DNA of 64,000 bases, taken from a virus. Taxonomy: Duplodnaviria; Heunggongvirae; Uroviricota; Caudoviricetes. The notes under the pieces are model-generated. The model ran no database searches and had not been told where the DNA came from. It saw nothing but the letters and a program-made list of their open reading frames with translations. Shown piece by piece: positions 18,118-27,541 of this stretch; position 1 is the first letter of the stretch; every line of letters begins with the position of its first letter. The position numbers and the translations under genes are program-made. The stretch spans positions 53,745 through 117,744 of the IMG/VR virus record IMGVR_UViG_3300026549_000042; one strand, given 5' to 3'.

Positions 18118-19797
18118 ATGAATTTAGTTGTATCATTAAATAATATTGATGAATTAAAAGATATTAATATTGATGAAAATATTAAAGAAAAATTTGATAA
18201 TATTTTCTATGTTTTCAATGATAGTCAAATAGAAAAACTTAAGTTATTATATCCTAATGATATTATAATTGTAAATAAGAATAATAAATTATTTAATAAT
18301 AAAGTTAATATAAGTATTCTTATTCCTGTATATAATTGTGAAAAGTATATTAAAACATGTTTAGATAGTTGTCTAAAACAAGATTTTGAAGGAACTTATG
18401 AAATTATTATTGTTGATGACGGGAGTACTGATAATACAGTAAATATTATTAAATCATATAATGACAATAAAATTAAATTATATAAATTAGAGCATAATGG
18501 TATAAGTAATGCTTTAAATTTTGGATTGTCTAAATGTGAAGGTGAATATATTTGTAGAATGGATGGAGATGATGAAATGTATGTTAATAGATTGACAATA
18601 CAATATAAATATATGTTAAGACATCCAGATACTGATATATTAAGTAATGGATTGCTGTGTTTTGATGAAAGCTTAACATATATAAAAGATAATATCTCTA
18701 TATGTAATTTTGATAAATCCAATCTATTATTATTAGATATTGTCAATAATTGTGATATACACCATCCTTGTACATTTATAAAAAACAATATTAATGGATT
18801 TTATTATGACAATACTTATGATGGATTTGAAGATTATGAGTTATGGTTTAGATTGATAAAATATGGATATAAGATATCTTCTTGGCATATACCTGTAATT
18901 AAATATAGATATAGAGAAAATTCAAATAGTCATAATATAAATATTGTAAATGATGTAAATAAATTAAAAACAAATATATTAGAAGAATCTAAAAAAATAG
19001 TTGGTATTTATTATATTGCTACAGGTATATATAAAAACAATTTTAAAAAATTTTTAGAATCAATACATAATTTCTTACCAATATATAATAAAACAATTAT
19101 ATTATTAACTGATGGCTTGGAAGAATATAAAAACTATAGTAAAGACAATATAAATATTGAACATCATTATATTGAAGATCATCCATGGCCAATAGTTGCA
19201 TTATTTCGTTTTCATTATATATTAAAATATAAAACAAATTACGATTATATATTTTTTATAAATTCAAATGCAGTAATTAAAGAAAATAAATCAATAAATT
19301 GGTTTGATCAAAACAAAATAAATGTTACCAAGCATTTTACATATCGCTCTGGCGTTTTAACTACATATGAAATGTTATTACCAAGTGATGATAACCCAAA
19401 TTCAACTTCATATATAGGAAATATTGAATATACATATTGTCAAAGTGGTTTTTTTGGTGGTCCAAATAATTTAATTTATGAAATGTGTGAAGATATTGTA
19501 AATATAATAGATATTGACTTAAAAAATAATATTATTGCAAAATGGCATGATGAAACATATTTTAATAAATGGTTATATAGTAAAAAATATGATAATAGAT
19601 TAATTAATATTACTGATGTATTTTTTACTAAAAATTTTTCACAAGAGAAAAAATCTAATTTTATTTATCTTGAATATAAAAATGAAGATGATAAAGATTT
19701 AAATAAAAAGAAAAAGTTAGAAAATAAATTAAATTATGGACAATATAAAAATGAACATAATTATGATTTAGACAAAAATACATTAAATAAAATTTAA
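18118..19797 (+). CDS. bifunctional glycosyltransferase: N-terminal GT2 domain fused to a C-terminal GT6 (ABO-like alpha-1,3-Gal/GalNAc-transferase) domain
   Basis: GT2: ISILIPVYNCEKYI...IIIVDDGSTDNT...MDGDDE; GT6: HPWPIVALFRFHYI, FINSNA (NxN in place of DxD), QSGFFGGP, WHDETYFNKW (compare human GTA/GTB HDESHLNKY). Confidence 0.75.
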   Translation: MNLVVSLNNIDELKDINIDENIKEKFDNIFYVFNDSQIEKLKLLYPNDIIIVNKNNKLFNNKVNISILIPVYNCEKYIKTCLDSCLKQDFEGTYEIIIVDDGSTDNTVNIIKSYNDNKIKLYKLEHNGISNALNFGLSKCEGEYICRMDGDDEMYVNRLTIQYKYMLRHPDTDILSNGLLCFDESLTYIKDNISICNFDKSNLLLLDIVNNCDIHHPCTFIKNNINGFYYDNTYDGFEDYELWFRLIKYGYKISSWHIPVIKYRYRENSNSHNINIVNDVNKLKTNILEESKKIVGIYYIATGIYKNNFKKFLESIHNFLPIYNKTIILLTDGLEEYKNYSKDNINIEHHYIEDHPWPIVALFRFHYILKYKTNYDYIFFINSNAVIKENKSINWFDQNKINVTKHFTYRSGVLTTYEMLLPSDDNPNSTSYIGNIEYTYCQSGFFGGPNNLIYEMCEDIVNIIDIDLKNNIIAKWHDETYFNKWLYSKKYDNRLINITDVFFTKNFSQEKKSNFIYLEYKNEDDKDLNKKKKLENKLNYGQYKNEHNYDLDKNTLNKI

Positions 19798-19854
19798 CTG
19801 ATTTTTTACAATGTTGTCTAAAATTAAATATTATAATAAATTTAATTAAAAATC

Positions 19855-20724
19855 ATGAATAGTATATATTTTTTTACAATAGCCACAAATACATATAAAG
19901 AATACTTAAATAAATTTGTTAAATCTTTAGATAATTGTTTTCCTGATAATGATAAGAAATTGATTGTAATAAGCGACAAGGATTATATAAATAATATAAA
20001 TAATATTTATACATATAATTATCATATTTGTGATACTAATTATGCATTATGTGCTTTACAAAAATATACATATATTTATGATTCTATACAGTATCTTCAA
20101 TTAAAACTAAAAAAGAATGACTTAATATTCTTTTGTGATGTTGATTCATATTTTATAGAAAAATCAAAATCATATTGGAATAAGATATATAATTCTATAA
20201 TAAAATATGATATCTGTATATCTATTTTTCCATGGAATTATAATGATACTAATAAATATAGAGTAATGAAAAAATATAAAAATATACCATCAATTGCACA
20301 AATAAACAAATTTAGATATAATCTTTTATGTGCATCATTTTTAATTGCTAAGCCATTTTGGTTTAACAAAATATATAAATTAGTTGATTTATTAACAGCG
20401 TATGATATGGCTAATTTACAAAATGGTTGTAGAATAATTCCAGAATTACCTGAACAAGAATATTTAAATAAAATTATTCAAGAAAATATAATAAATACAA
20501 ATAATATATGGGTAGATTATTTTCAAATTATAAGTAATGATATTTTTTTACAAGAAAAGCATAAAACATTAAATGATTTTTTAGAAAATAATGAATATAT
20601 ATTTTCTATTAAAGATTATGATCCCACTATAAAATTAAAAAATATAAAACGTAATCTTTCTAAGAGTAATATAATGCAGTTTATAAAAAATGAATCTAAC
20701 AATAACAGTAATGATAACACCTGA
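19855..20724 (+). CDS. divergent GT6-like protein (possibly degenerate)
   Basis: N-terminal IYFFTIATNTYKEYLNKFVKSLDNCF...KLIVISD aligns with GT6 [25 protein letters not shown]...YYVFTD; IFPWNY present, but the FGG and HDE motifs are degenerate. Confidence 0.4.
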   Translation: MNSIYFFTIATNTYKEYLNKFVKSLDNCFPDNDKKLIVISDKDYINNINNIYTYNYHICDTNYALCALQKYTYIYDSIQYLQLKLKKNDLIFFCDVDSYFIEKSKSYWNKIYNSIIKYDICISIFPWNYNDTNKYRVMKKYKNIPSIAQINKFRYNLLCASFLIAKPFWFNKIYKLVDLLTAYDMANLQNGCRIIPELPEQEYLNKIIQENIINTNNIWVDYFQIISNDIFLQEKHKTLNDFLENNEYIFSIKDYDPTIKLKNIKRNLSKSNIMQFIKNESNNNSNDNT

Positions 20725-21514
20725 TATAACTTATTATTTTTGCTGTCATAAAGATATTGACTTAACATATATTAATAAATATGTAGATAATATTGATGAT
20801 AATAGAATAAATATTATTTGTAATGAAGATAATAATATAATAACAAAATATAATATCATTAAAGAACCTTATAATGATCTTCAATGTTTTTATGGGGAAA
20901 ACTCTAGAATGATTTATATATATAAATTATATAAAGAAGGAAAAATTAAATTAAGTGATTATATATCATTTAACCAATATGGATTGTTTTTTAATTTTTA
21001 CATGTATGATAGAATGTGTGGATTATTAAAGTATAATGATGCATTAGTACATGGGCAATATTTTAATAATATATATAATAGTTATAATAGTTTACATAAT
21101 GGCGAAGACTTATTAGAAATTGTTAATTATATATGTGAAAAATATAATGTAAATAAATATTATAAAGAATATTTTTTATATGATGCAAATTATCCAGGAC
21201 ATTATAATATATTTATACTTAAAAAAAACATATTTATTAAATATATAGAATTTATAATTGATATATCAGATTATTATAAAAGAAAACATAATATTAATAC
21301 ACAAAATGATTTAAGAAAATATATATCAAATAATGCAAATAAATATTATAATGAAAATAAACTTAATTGGTATTGGGGAGTTGATAATCAAATGAGATTA
21401 TTTGGATTTATATCAGAAAGAATATTTGGATTATTTTTGACAATAAATAAAATAAATTATTCTACATTTCCTTATATAGATATACAATATCTATCAAAAA
21501 TAAATAGAAATTAA
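20690..21514 (+). CDS. hypothetical protein in the glycan locus
   Basis: 274-aa ORF overlapping the upstream gene by 35 nt. Confidence 0.45.
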   Translation: MNLTITVMITPDITYYFCCHKDIDLTYINKYVDNIDDNRINIICNEDNNIITKYNIIKEPYNDLQCFYGENSRMIYIYKLYKEGKIKLSDYISFNQYGLFFNFYMYDRMCGLLKYNDALVHGQYFNNIYNSYNSLHNGEDLLEIVNYICEKYNVNKYYKEYFLYDANYPGHYNIFILKKNIFIKYIEFIIDISDYYKRKHNINTQNDLRKYISNNANKYYNENKLNWYWGVDNQMRLFGFISERIFGLFLTINKINYSTFPYIDIQYLSKINRN

Positions 21515-21521
21515 TTAAATT

Positions 21522-22346
21522 ATGACAGATAATACATTAATAATAAGTTTAACATCATGGACAAAACGTATTGATACTGCATTTTTTACATTAACTAAAT
21601 TATATGATATATCATTAAATAAAGATGTACAAATTATATTTAACTTATCACAAGAAGAATTTCCTTATGGTATAAATAGTCTCCCATATTGCTATAAAGA
21701 GTTTTTACAAAAAAGTTCTATAATTATTAATGTTGATGAAGGTAATATTAGGGCGCATAAAAAACTTATGCCAACATTAGAAAAATATCCATATAATGAT
21801 ATTTTAGTTGTAGATGATGACAAATTATATGAGGAAGATATGATAGATAATTTTTTACAAGCTCATAATAAATTTCCACATGATGTTATAGTTGGTAGAT
21901 CTCATTTTAGAATATATGGTGAAAACAATAAATTTATATCTAAACCAATAGTTTATGATTTAAGTAAAATATGGGAAACACCATTAAGTCCATTATTTAA
22001 TTGTAAACAAGCATCTGGATTAGCTGGAACATTATACCCCGTAGGTACTTTTACGGATCCTTTATTTTTCGATAGAAAACTAATGATGGAAAGTTGCTAT
22101 TATAGTGATGAAGATTGGCAATGGTTTTTTAATATAAAAGAAAATAGAACATTAAGAACAAATTTTAAAGTAAAAGTATATTCAGGAAATAATGATGGTG
22201 ATGAATATGCATTATATAATAATTATGGACAATCTTATTATGAACAATACTATTACAATTTTCAAAAAATCTGGTCAGATTTTTATGATAGACTTAATGA
22301 ATTAAATGATCAGTTTATAAGATATTATCCTGAACTTTCTGTGTAA
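21522..22346 (+). CDS. putative glycosyltransferase (GT-A-like, DDD motif)
   Basis: ILVVDDDKLYEED acidic motif; located in the glycan locus; function tentative. Confidence 0.4.
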   Translation: MTDNTLIISLTSWTKRIDTAFFTLTKLYDISLNKDVQIIFNLSQEEFPYGINSLPYCYKEFLQKSSIIINVDEGNIRAHKKLMPTLEKYPYNDILVVDDDKLYEEDMIDNFLQAHNKFPHDVIVGRSHFRIYGENNKFISKPIVYDLSKIWETPLSPLFNCKQASGLAGTLYPVGTFTDPLFFDRKLMMESCYYSDEDWQWFFNIKENRTLRTNFKVKVYSGNNDGDEYALYNNYGQSYYEQYYYNFQKIWSDFYDRLNELNDQFIRYYPELSV

Positions 22347-22440
22347 AATTATTTTTAAATATATAAATATACAAAACATAAAACATGCAAAACATATAGA
22401 GGCAAATATATAATAAAATTATATACTATATGTTTTAAAA

Positions 22441-22878
22441 ATGATTAAGAATATTTTGAAATTTTGTGGAATTGGAAAGGTTATGAAAAATGATGGATTT
22501 TGGACAAAGTTAGTAAAGGAAGATACAAATGTAAGTGTAATGAATTTCTTCCTAATGGCCACTTTAGCCGTTGGTGTGTTATTGTTGTTTATTCCTGCTG
22601 TAGGTATGATTGTTGATATAATATTCAATCATACTATAACAATCAATATGTCTGATCTTGGTGTATATATCGGTGCAGTTGCTGGTATATTCGCCGCAGG
22701 TGGATTATCTTCAGCATGGACAGAATTTGCATATTCTAAGTATAATGTACCTGTAATTACTGAAGAAGACATGGCGCGTTCCGAAGTTGCAGCTCAACAA
22801 ATTCGTGATGAAAACAATAATGGTATACCTGATGAAGAAGAAGAAAATAACGAAGATATAGAAAAATGCGAAAACTAA
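22441..22878 (+). CDS. membrane protein with acidic C-terminal tail
   Basis: Two or three TM segments (FFLMATLAVGVLLLFIPAVGMIV; GVYIGAVAGIFAAGGL); EEEENNEDIEKCEN tail. Confidence 0.5.
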   Translation: MIKNILKFCGIGKVMKNDGFWTKLVKEDTNVSVMNFFLMATLAVGVLLLFIPAVGMIVDIIFNHTITINMSDLGVYIGAVAGIFAAGGLSSAWTEFAYSKYNVPVITEEDMARSEVAAQQIRDENNNGIPDEEEENNEDIEKCEN

Positions 22879-23210
22879 TATTATTATTTGTTTCTGTAGT
22901 TTTATTAAGTTCTTGTGACGAAGGCAGAGATCAGTATAACAATTGGTTGACTGGTAAATGGGAATTTAATGATAAGACAGAATATATAAATTTCTTTGAT
23001 GATGACGTCTTCATAATGAATGATACAATACAAGGTTCATATGAAGTACAAGACGGTGATGATAAAGATTTATGGTATTACTATATTTCTAAATCTGGAC
23101 TAACAACTGGCTATGGCATAATGTCATTTAGTGATGTTTCAAAAAATAAAATGACTGTTTATGGTATGCCTTTACATGAAGAAGAACAAATAGAAATATA
23201 TCGAAAATGA
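22866..23210 (+). CDS. lipoprotein, hypothetical
   Basis: MRKLILLFVSVVLLSSC signal peptide and lipobox. Confidence 0.5.
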   Translation: MRKLILLFVSVVLLSSCDEGRDQYNNWLTGKWEFNDKTEYINFFDDDVFIMNDTIQGSYEVQDGDDKDLWYYYISKSGLTTGYGIMSFSDVSKNKMTVYGMPLHEEEQIEIYRK

Positions 23211-23217
23211 ATTAATT

Positions 23218-23844
23218 ATGTTAGGATCACATGACAGTTTTACATATTTAAAGACAGGCAATATACTTATAGATGCTGCATCTAGATTTTGGAGATGTCA
23301 AGAAAAGACAATTGATGAACAATATAAGTGCGGTGTAAGAGTATTTGATGTTCGTGTAATTGATAGTAATGAGGATGGTTTTATATGGTGGAGAGTTGGT
23401 CATGGACTTGCAAAGGTAAAGCAAAGATTCATTAACCTTGAGAATATATGTCTTTACTTTAAACAACAATATCCAGAAGCAATTATCAGAATTATTCTTG
23501 AAAGTGGCGGTAATAATGAATCTATTGTAGAAAGATTCAAGAATGAGTCTGAAACTATTCTGAATAAGTATAAAGAGATAATATGGGAGATAGTTATTAA
23601 AAAGCCTTGGATATATATTTATCAAAGTGGAATGTTTAAGACAATTGATGATGTAACTTGTAAGCTATTCAATTGGAATCTTAGTGAAAGTATATGGGAT
23701 AATCTTAAACATTTTGAAATAACATCATCTTCTATTAAGACATGGGCAAAGAAACATAATCCAACAAAAATTACAAAGAAAATGAAAGAAGACAAGAAAA
23801 TATTATATTTTATGGATTATGTAGGAACATATCCAAAACTATAA
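23218..23844 (+). CDS. PLC-like phosphodiesterase (PI-PLC X-domain-like)
   Basis: MLGSHDSFTY ... GVRVFDVRV resembles Bacillus PI-PLC IPGTHDSGT ... GIRYFDIR. Confidence 0.5.
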   Translation: MLGSHDSFTYLKTGNILIDAASRFWRCQEKTIDEQYKCGVRVFDVRVIDSNEDGFIWWRVGHGLAKVKQRFINLENICLYFKQQYPEAIIRIILESGGNNESIVERFKNESETILNKYKEIIWEIVIKKPWIYIYQSGMFKTIDDVTCKLFNWNLSESIWDNLKHFEITSSSIKTWAKKHNPTKITKKMKEDKKILYFMDYVGTYPKL

Positions 23845-23847
23845 AAC

Positions 23848-23880
23848 AAAAGGAAGTCTTAAGACTTCCTTTTTTATTTT
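23848..23880. terminator. bidirectional terminator between convergent genes
   Basis: aaaacaaa-aggaagtcttaagacttcct-ttttt; perfect palindrome with CTTAAG core. Confidence 0.6.
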
Positions 23881-23881
23881 G

Positions 23882-24691
23882 TTATACTTTTGCACCACAA
23901 TACGGGCAAAACTTAAATTTTTGATTTAATTTTCTTCCACAATTACTACAATATCTTTTTTGTAAATCACTACTATTTATTGGTTTAGTAGAGCTTGGCA
24001 TAATCTTAATAATTTCTGTTGCAAATGGCCAATATTCAAAATCTTTATATGTATTTGTGAATTTTTGATTTGAATGACTACCTTTTTCAATTCTACCGGT
24101 TTCTATTTTATTTGATTCTGAACTTGATGTACTTAAATAATTATTATAGCATGTAACTGTACTAGCTGTACTATATGATATGTCTGATGAAGTTGCCGTT
24201 GTGGTAGTTCCCATATCAATTGTACCAGTTGTTAATGCATTGCTATTTTCATACCAAGTAGTATCATACCAAGCAGGATTAGCCTGTGTAGAAGCCACAT
24301 TAATGTTTGAAACATAAATACTATAATCATTATTTGTTCTTTCTTTAAAGAACTTAATAGTCAATTTACCATTATTCTGTATAGCATTTTGTACAGCTTT
24401 TGAATTATTTACTTTATAAGTAGAAAATAATAGTTTTGATTCGTTATCAAGATAGCGATCTAACCATACACGCTCACCAGGTTTCAAAACTAAAAGATTT
24501 GAAGTACTTTGCTGGTTTTCATTAAATGAGATTGAAACGCCAATTACATAAGAATAAGGATTAAAAATTTGAATTTGAAATTCCGTATCATCATTCATAT
24601 ATACGATACGTTCATTGGAAGAATTTGAATACTCTTTTAATAGAGATTTGTTGATGGCAATTTTAGCCAATTTGTCATTAGTACTTGTCAT
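23882..24691 (-). CDS. hypothetical protein with C-terminal zinc ribbon
   Basis: CSNCGRKLNQKFKFCPYCGAKV at the C-terminus. Confidence 0.5.
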   Translation of the reverse strand: MTSTNDKLAKIAINKSLLKEYSNSSNERIVYMNDDTEFQIQIFNPYSYVIGVSISFNENQQSTSNLLVLKPGERVWLDRYLDNESKLLFSTYKVNNSKAVQNAIQNNGKLTIKFFKERTNNDYSIYVSNINVASTQANPAWYDTTWYENSNALTTGTIDMGTTTTATSSDISYSTASTVTCYNNYLSTSSSESNKIETGRIEKGSHSNQKFTNTYKDFEYWPFATEIIKIMPSSTKPINSSDLQKRYCSNCGRKLNQKFKFCPYCGAKV

Positions 24692-24822
24692 AAATTAACA
24701 TAAAATTTAATATATATTTATTAAATCTATTCAAATGTTTTCATATATTTTACTATATTCAAAAGAACTAAACATTCTCAACAAATGAATAAATGTTATA
24801 TAATTAAAAATAGTATAAAAAA

Positions 24823-25533
24823 TTAAAAATGTTCACATTTCTTATTTAATTCTTTCATTTTATCAAGAACCGGTGTAACATATTTAAATTTATACATATC
24901 ATTTATTGTATATATATCAGTATATACTCCAGTATTTTCAAAATATTTTATTTTTCCTTGCCAAAAATGTTCTGCGGGATCATCATATTTCATGCATTCA
25001 AATGCAAATTCTGATCTAATAGCATATATTGCAGCATCACCCATTTTTTCGCGTTTATGAACACTTGACAATTTATGCAATTCATTAGATCTATTGTTTA
25101 ATACATTATCAACAAAGAAATGACTTCTATCAGATATTGTTGTATATGAAGTAATTATATCAAATTTTCCATCAATATTATTTATACAATCAACTAATAA
25201 TTTTGTTGTCTTAAAAATTTGATTAATATTTAATAGAATAATCCAATCAGGGTAGTAATTATTTTCTTTTCCATAAGTATATGTTGCTAAATATTCAAGA
25301 TATTCAATGTCACGTTCAGATTTACAAGCATAATGAATTGTTTTCTTAAATCCAAGTTTAATAGCAAAATCTAATAAGTCTTTGTTGTCAGATATAATAT
25401 ATGTTTGATTAAATAAGTTTAATTCACTAATGTATATATAAGAAAATTTTAATGCTTCCTTATTCTTATTATATTCATTAGTGTTATGTCCTCTAGCAGT
25501 TATGAATATAGGTATGTTTGAAACCATGTTCAT
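24823..25533 (-). CDS. putative CMP-sugar synthetase-like cytidylyltransferase (NeuA/KdsB family), tentative
   Basis: IPIFITARGHNTNEYNKNK and YIISDNKDLLDFAIKLGF resemble IPAR.SKG..KN and ..STD...I.E.A...G of acylneuraminate cytidylyltransferases. Confidence 0.4.
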   Translation of the reverse strand: MNMVSNIPIFITARGHNTNEYNKNKEALKFSYIYISELNLFNQTYIISDNKDLLDFAIKLGFKKTIHYACKSERDIEYLEYLATYTYGKENNYYPDWIILLNINQIFKTTKLLVDCINNIDGKFDIITSYTTISDRSHFFVDNVLNNRSNELHKLSSVHKREKMGDAAIYAIRSEFAFECMKYDDPAEHFWQGKIKYFENTGVYTDIYTINDMYKFKYVTPVLDKMKELNKKCEHF

Positions 25534-25542
25534 ATATAATTT

Positions 25543-26322
25543 TTATTTTGTATATTTATATCTTATATTCAAAACTGATGTAAGCTCAGCAGTTTGTATA
25601 TGTAATTGATGAAGATTAATATTATCCATTGCAACTTCATTTTGATATTCTAATACTAAAAGCCCCATAATTAAATTATTTTTATTGTACATGCCAGTAT
25701 ATACAATTGACTTAGTATTATCATCTTTCAGTATTGCCATTAAAACTGGATTTTCTTCTTCAAATTTTTCCATATCAGTATAAATTACTTGTTGTGTTGG
25801 CGACTTAATAACATCAGTTACAATATTAGCTATTGAACTAAATGCTAAACCCATACAACGATTTGATAATGGAATAAGTCCTTTATCAAACCATTCATAG
25901 TTACAAGAATATTTAGCAAATGGGATGCCTGAAAAATTTTGTGATGTATTATGAAATTCTACAATGAATGCTCTTTGTGCATTATGGATATTCATTATGT
26001 CTTTAAGCTGATAATTGATTTCTGATGCACTAATCATTCGAGCTTCAAGCATATTATTATGGTTTTCATTATCTTTATTTTCTTTGTTTACCAAATAATC
26101 AACTAATTTGTCTTGCTGTGATATCATTGTTGTTATTAGTTGGTCATTTTGCTTACTCATTTGGGTGGTAAGATCGGTACCAATTTTTTCAAGTCCAGTA
26201 CTTATTTCAGTATTTAACTTATTACCAAATTTTCGTAATAGAATAAAAATTATCATACATACAAATAAGCCAATAATACCTATCCATCCATATTTCTCAA
26301 ATATATCAAAAAATATACTCAT
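25543..26322 (-). CDS. membrane-anchored hypothetical protein
   Basis: N-terminal TM WIGIIGLFVCMIIFILL. Confidence 0.5.
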   Translation of the reverse strand: MSIFFDIFEKYGWIGIIGLFVCMIIFILLRKFGNKLNTEISTGLEKIGTDLTTQMSKQNDQLITTMISQQDKLVDYLVNKENKDNENHNNMLEARMISASEINYQLKDIMNIHNAQRAFIVEFHNTSQNFSGIPFAKYSCNYEWFDKGLIPLSNRCMGLAFSSIANIVTDVIKSPTQQVIYTDMEKFEEENPVLMAILKDDNTKSIVYTGMYNKNNLIMGLLVLEYQNEVAMDNINLHQLHIQTAELTSVLNIRYKYTK

Positions 26323-26470
26323 TATATTTTATCAATGATTATCCCATATATAATTCTTATATATTAATAATAAAACTTATAATTAAAAAATTAAATATAG
26401 CTTAAAATTCAATATAATTAGAATAACAAGATATTGAAAAAATGAAATATTTTTAATTAAATATCTATAT

Positions 26471-26499
26471 TATTATAGATGTTTTATTATAGATGTTTT
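26471..26499. repeat. 14-bp direct repeat (attatagatgtttt x2) in the divergent promoter region upstream of nrdG
   Basis: Read directly from the sequence. Confidence 0.5.
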
Positions 26500-26530
26500 A
26501 ATAATTTTATTTATATAGAGGAATATATAT

Positions 26531-27025
26531 ATGCTTAGAATTTTAAATATTACAGCACCAGACATTAATAATGGTAATGGAATTAGAGTAACACTGTGGG
26601 TAGCAGGTTGCAAGCATTATTGTAAAGGCTGTCATAACCAATGGACATGGAAATATGAGCAAGGAAAAGTATATCGTTATGAACAAGAAAATATAAAAAA
26701 GGAACTTGCTAATTGGTTAAATCGTGATTATGTTGAAGGATTGACATTATCAGGAGGTGATCCGTTGTGTCAAGATAATGATGGACTATGTGAATTGCTT
26801 GATTTGATCAAATGGTTTAGAAAAGAATATCCAACAAAGAACATTTGGTTATATACTGGATATACAAAAGAAGAAATTGACAATTCTAATAACTATATAA
26901 TGAAAGAAGTTGTGAACAGTATTGATGTGTTAGTTGATGGTCCGTATATTGAAAGTCTAAGAGATATATCACATACTCCATTTAGAGGCAGCACAAATCA
27001 AAGATTAATATATATTAAGAAATAG
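26531..27025 (+). CDS. nrdG: anaerobic ribonucleotide reductase activating protein (radical SAM)
   Basis: DINNGNGIRVTLWVAGCKHYCKGCHNQWTW, LTLSGGDPL, IWLYTGYT, VLVDGPY, FRGSTNQ; collinear with E. coli NrdG. Confidence 0.9.
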   Translation: MLRILNITAPDINNGNGIRVTLWVAGCKHYCKGCHNQWTWKYEQGKVYRYEQENIKKELANWLNRDYVEGLTLSGGDPLCQDNDGLCELLDLIKWFRKEYPTKNIWLYTGYTKEEIDNSNNYIMKEVVNSIDVLVDGPYIESLRDISHTPFRGSTNQRLIYIKK

Positions 27026-27057
27026 TTATTTTTAATTAACTATATAGAATAATTAAA

Positions 27058-27456
27058 ATGAAAAGTCTTTATACATATATTTTAGAAGCAGATAGTAAAG
27101 ATGATAAGGAAAAAGATATGACTCGTAGAGGTAATATCAAATTTACTATATGGGAAGCACCAGACAAAAAGGTAAAATGGATAGAAAATAATAATAAGTA
27201 TCAAAAGATTGAATATAAATATGAAGATAAAGACAATGAAATATACATTGATTTTCTTTTAGGATTTAAAGAAAATGAATGGAAGCTTTGGATTGGAAAA
27301 ATAGGAGCCTTGACTTATGATGATGACCCTTATTGTGGATTTGATACAGATTCATTTAGAGATGCTATTTTGTTAGCATTAGACAAGGTTGAAGAATTTA
27401 TTGATAAAGTTAATGAAGATCCTGATAATTATATACAATTCTATAAGCTAAAATAA
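27058..27456 (+). CDS. hypothetical protein
   Basis: 132-aa ORF. Confidence 0.5.
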   Translation: MKSLYTYILEADSKDDKEKDMTRRGNIKFTIWEAPDKKVKWIENNNKYQKIEYKYEDKDNEIYIDFLLGFKENEWKLWIGKIGALTYDDDPYCGFDTDSFRDAILLALDKVEEFIDKVNEDPDNYIQFYKLK

Positions 27457-27480
27457 TAATTTTATTTTTTTATAATATTA

Positions 27481-27534
27481 AATCTTCTTAAGTCTGTAAC
27501 TATATTTTATAAAAGGACTTAAGAAGATTTTTTG
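27481..27534 (+). terminator. long inverted repeat / probable terminator
   Basis: aatcttcttaagtc ... gacttaagaagatt followed by tttttt. Confidence 0.4.
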
Positions 27535-27541
27535 TATATAT

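Noticed and set aside
26323-26530. NrdR box upstream of nrdG
   Set aside because: The only notable element is a 14-bp direct repeat (attatagatgtttt). It does not resemble the palindromic NrdR-box consensus, so it is reported only as a repeat.
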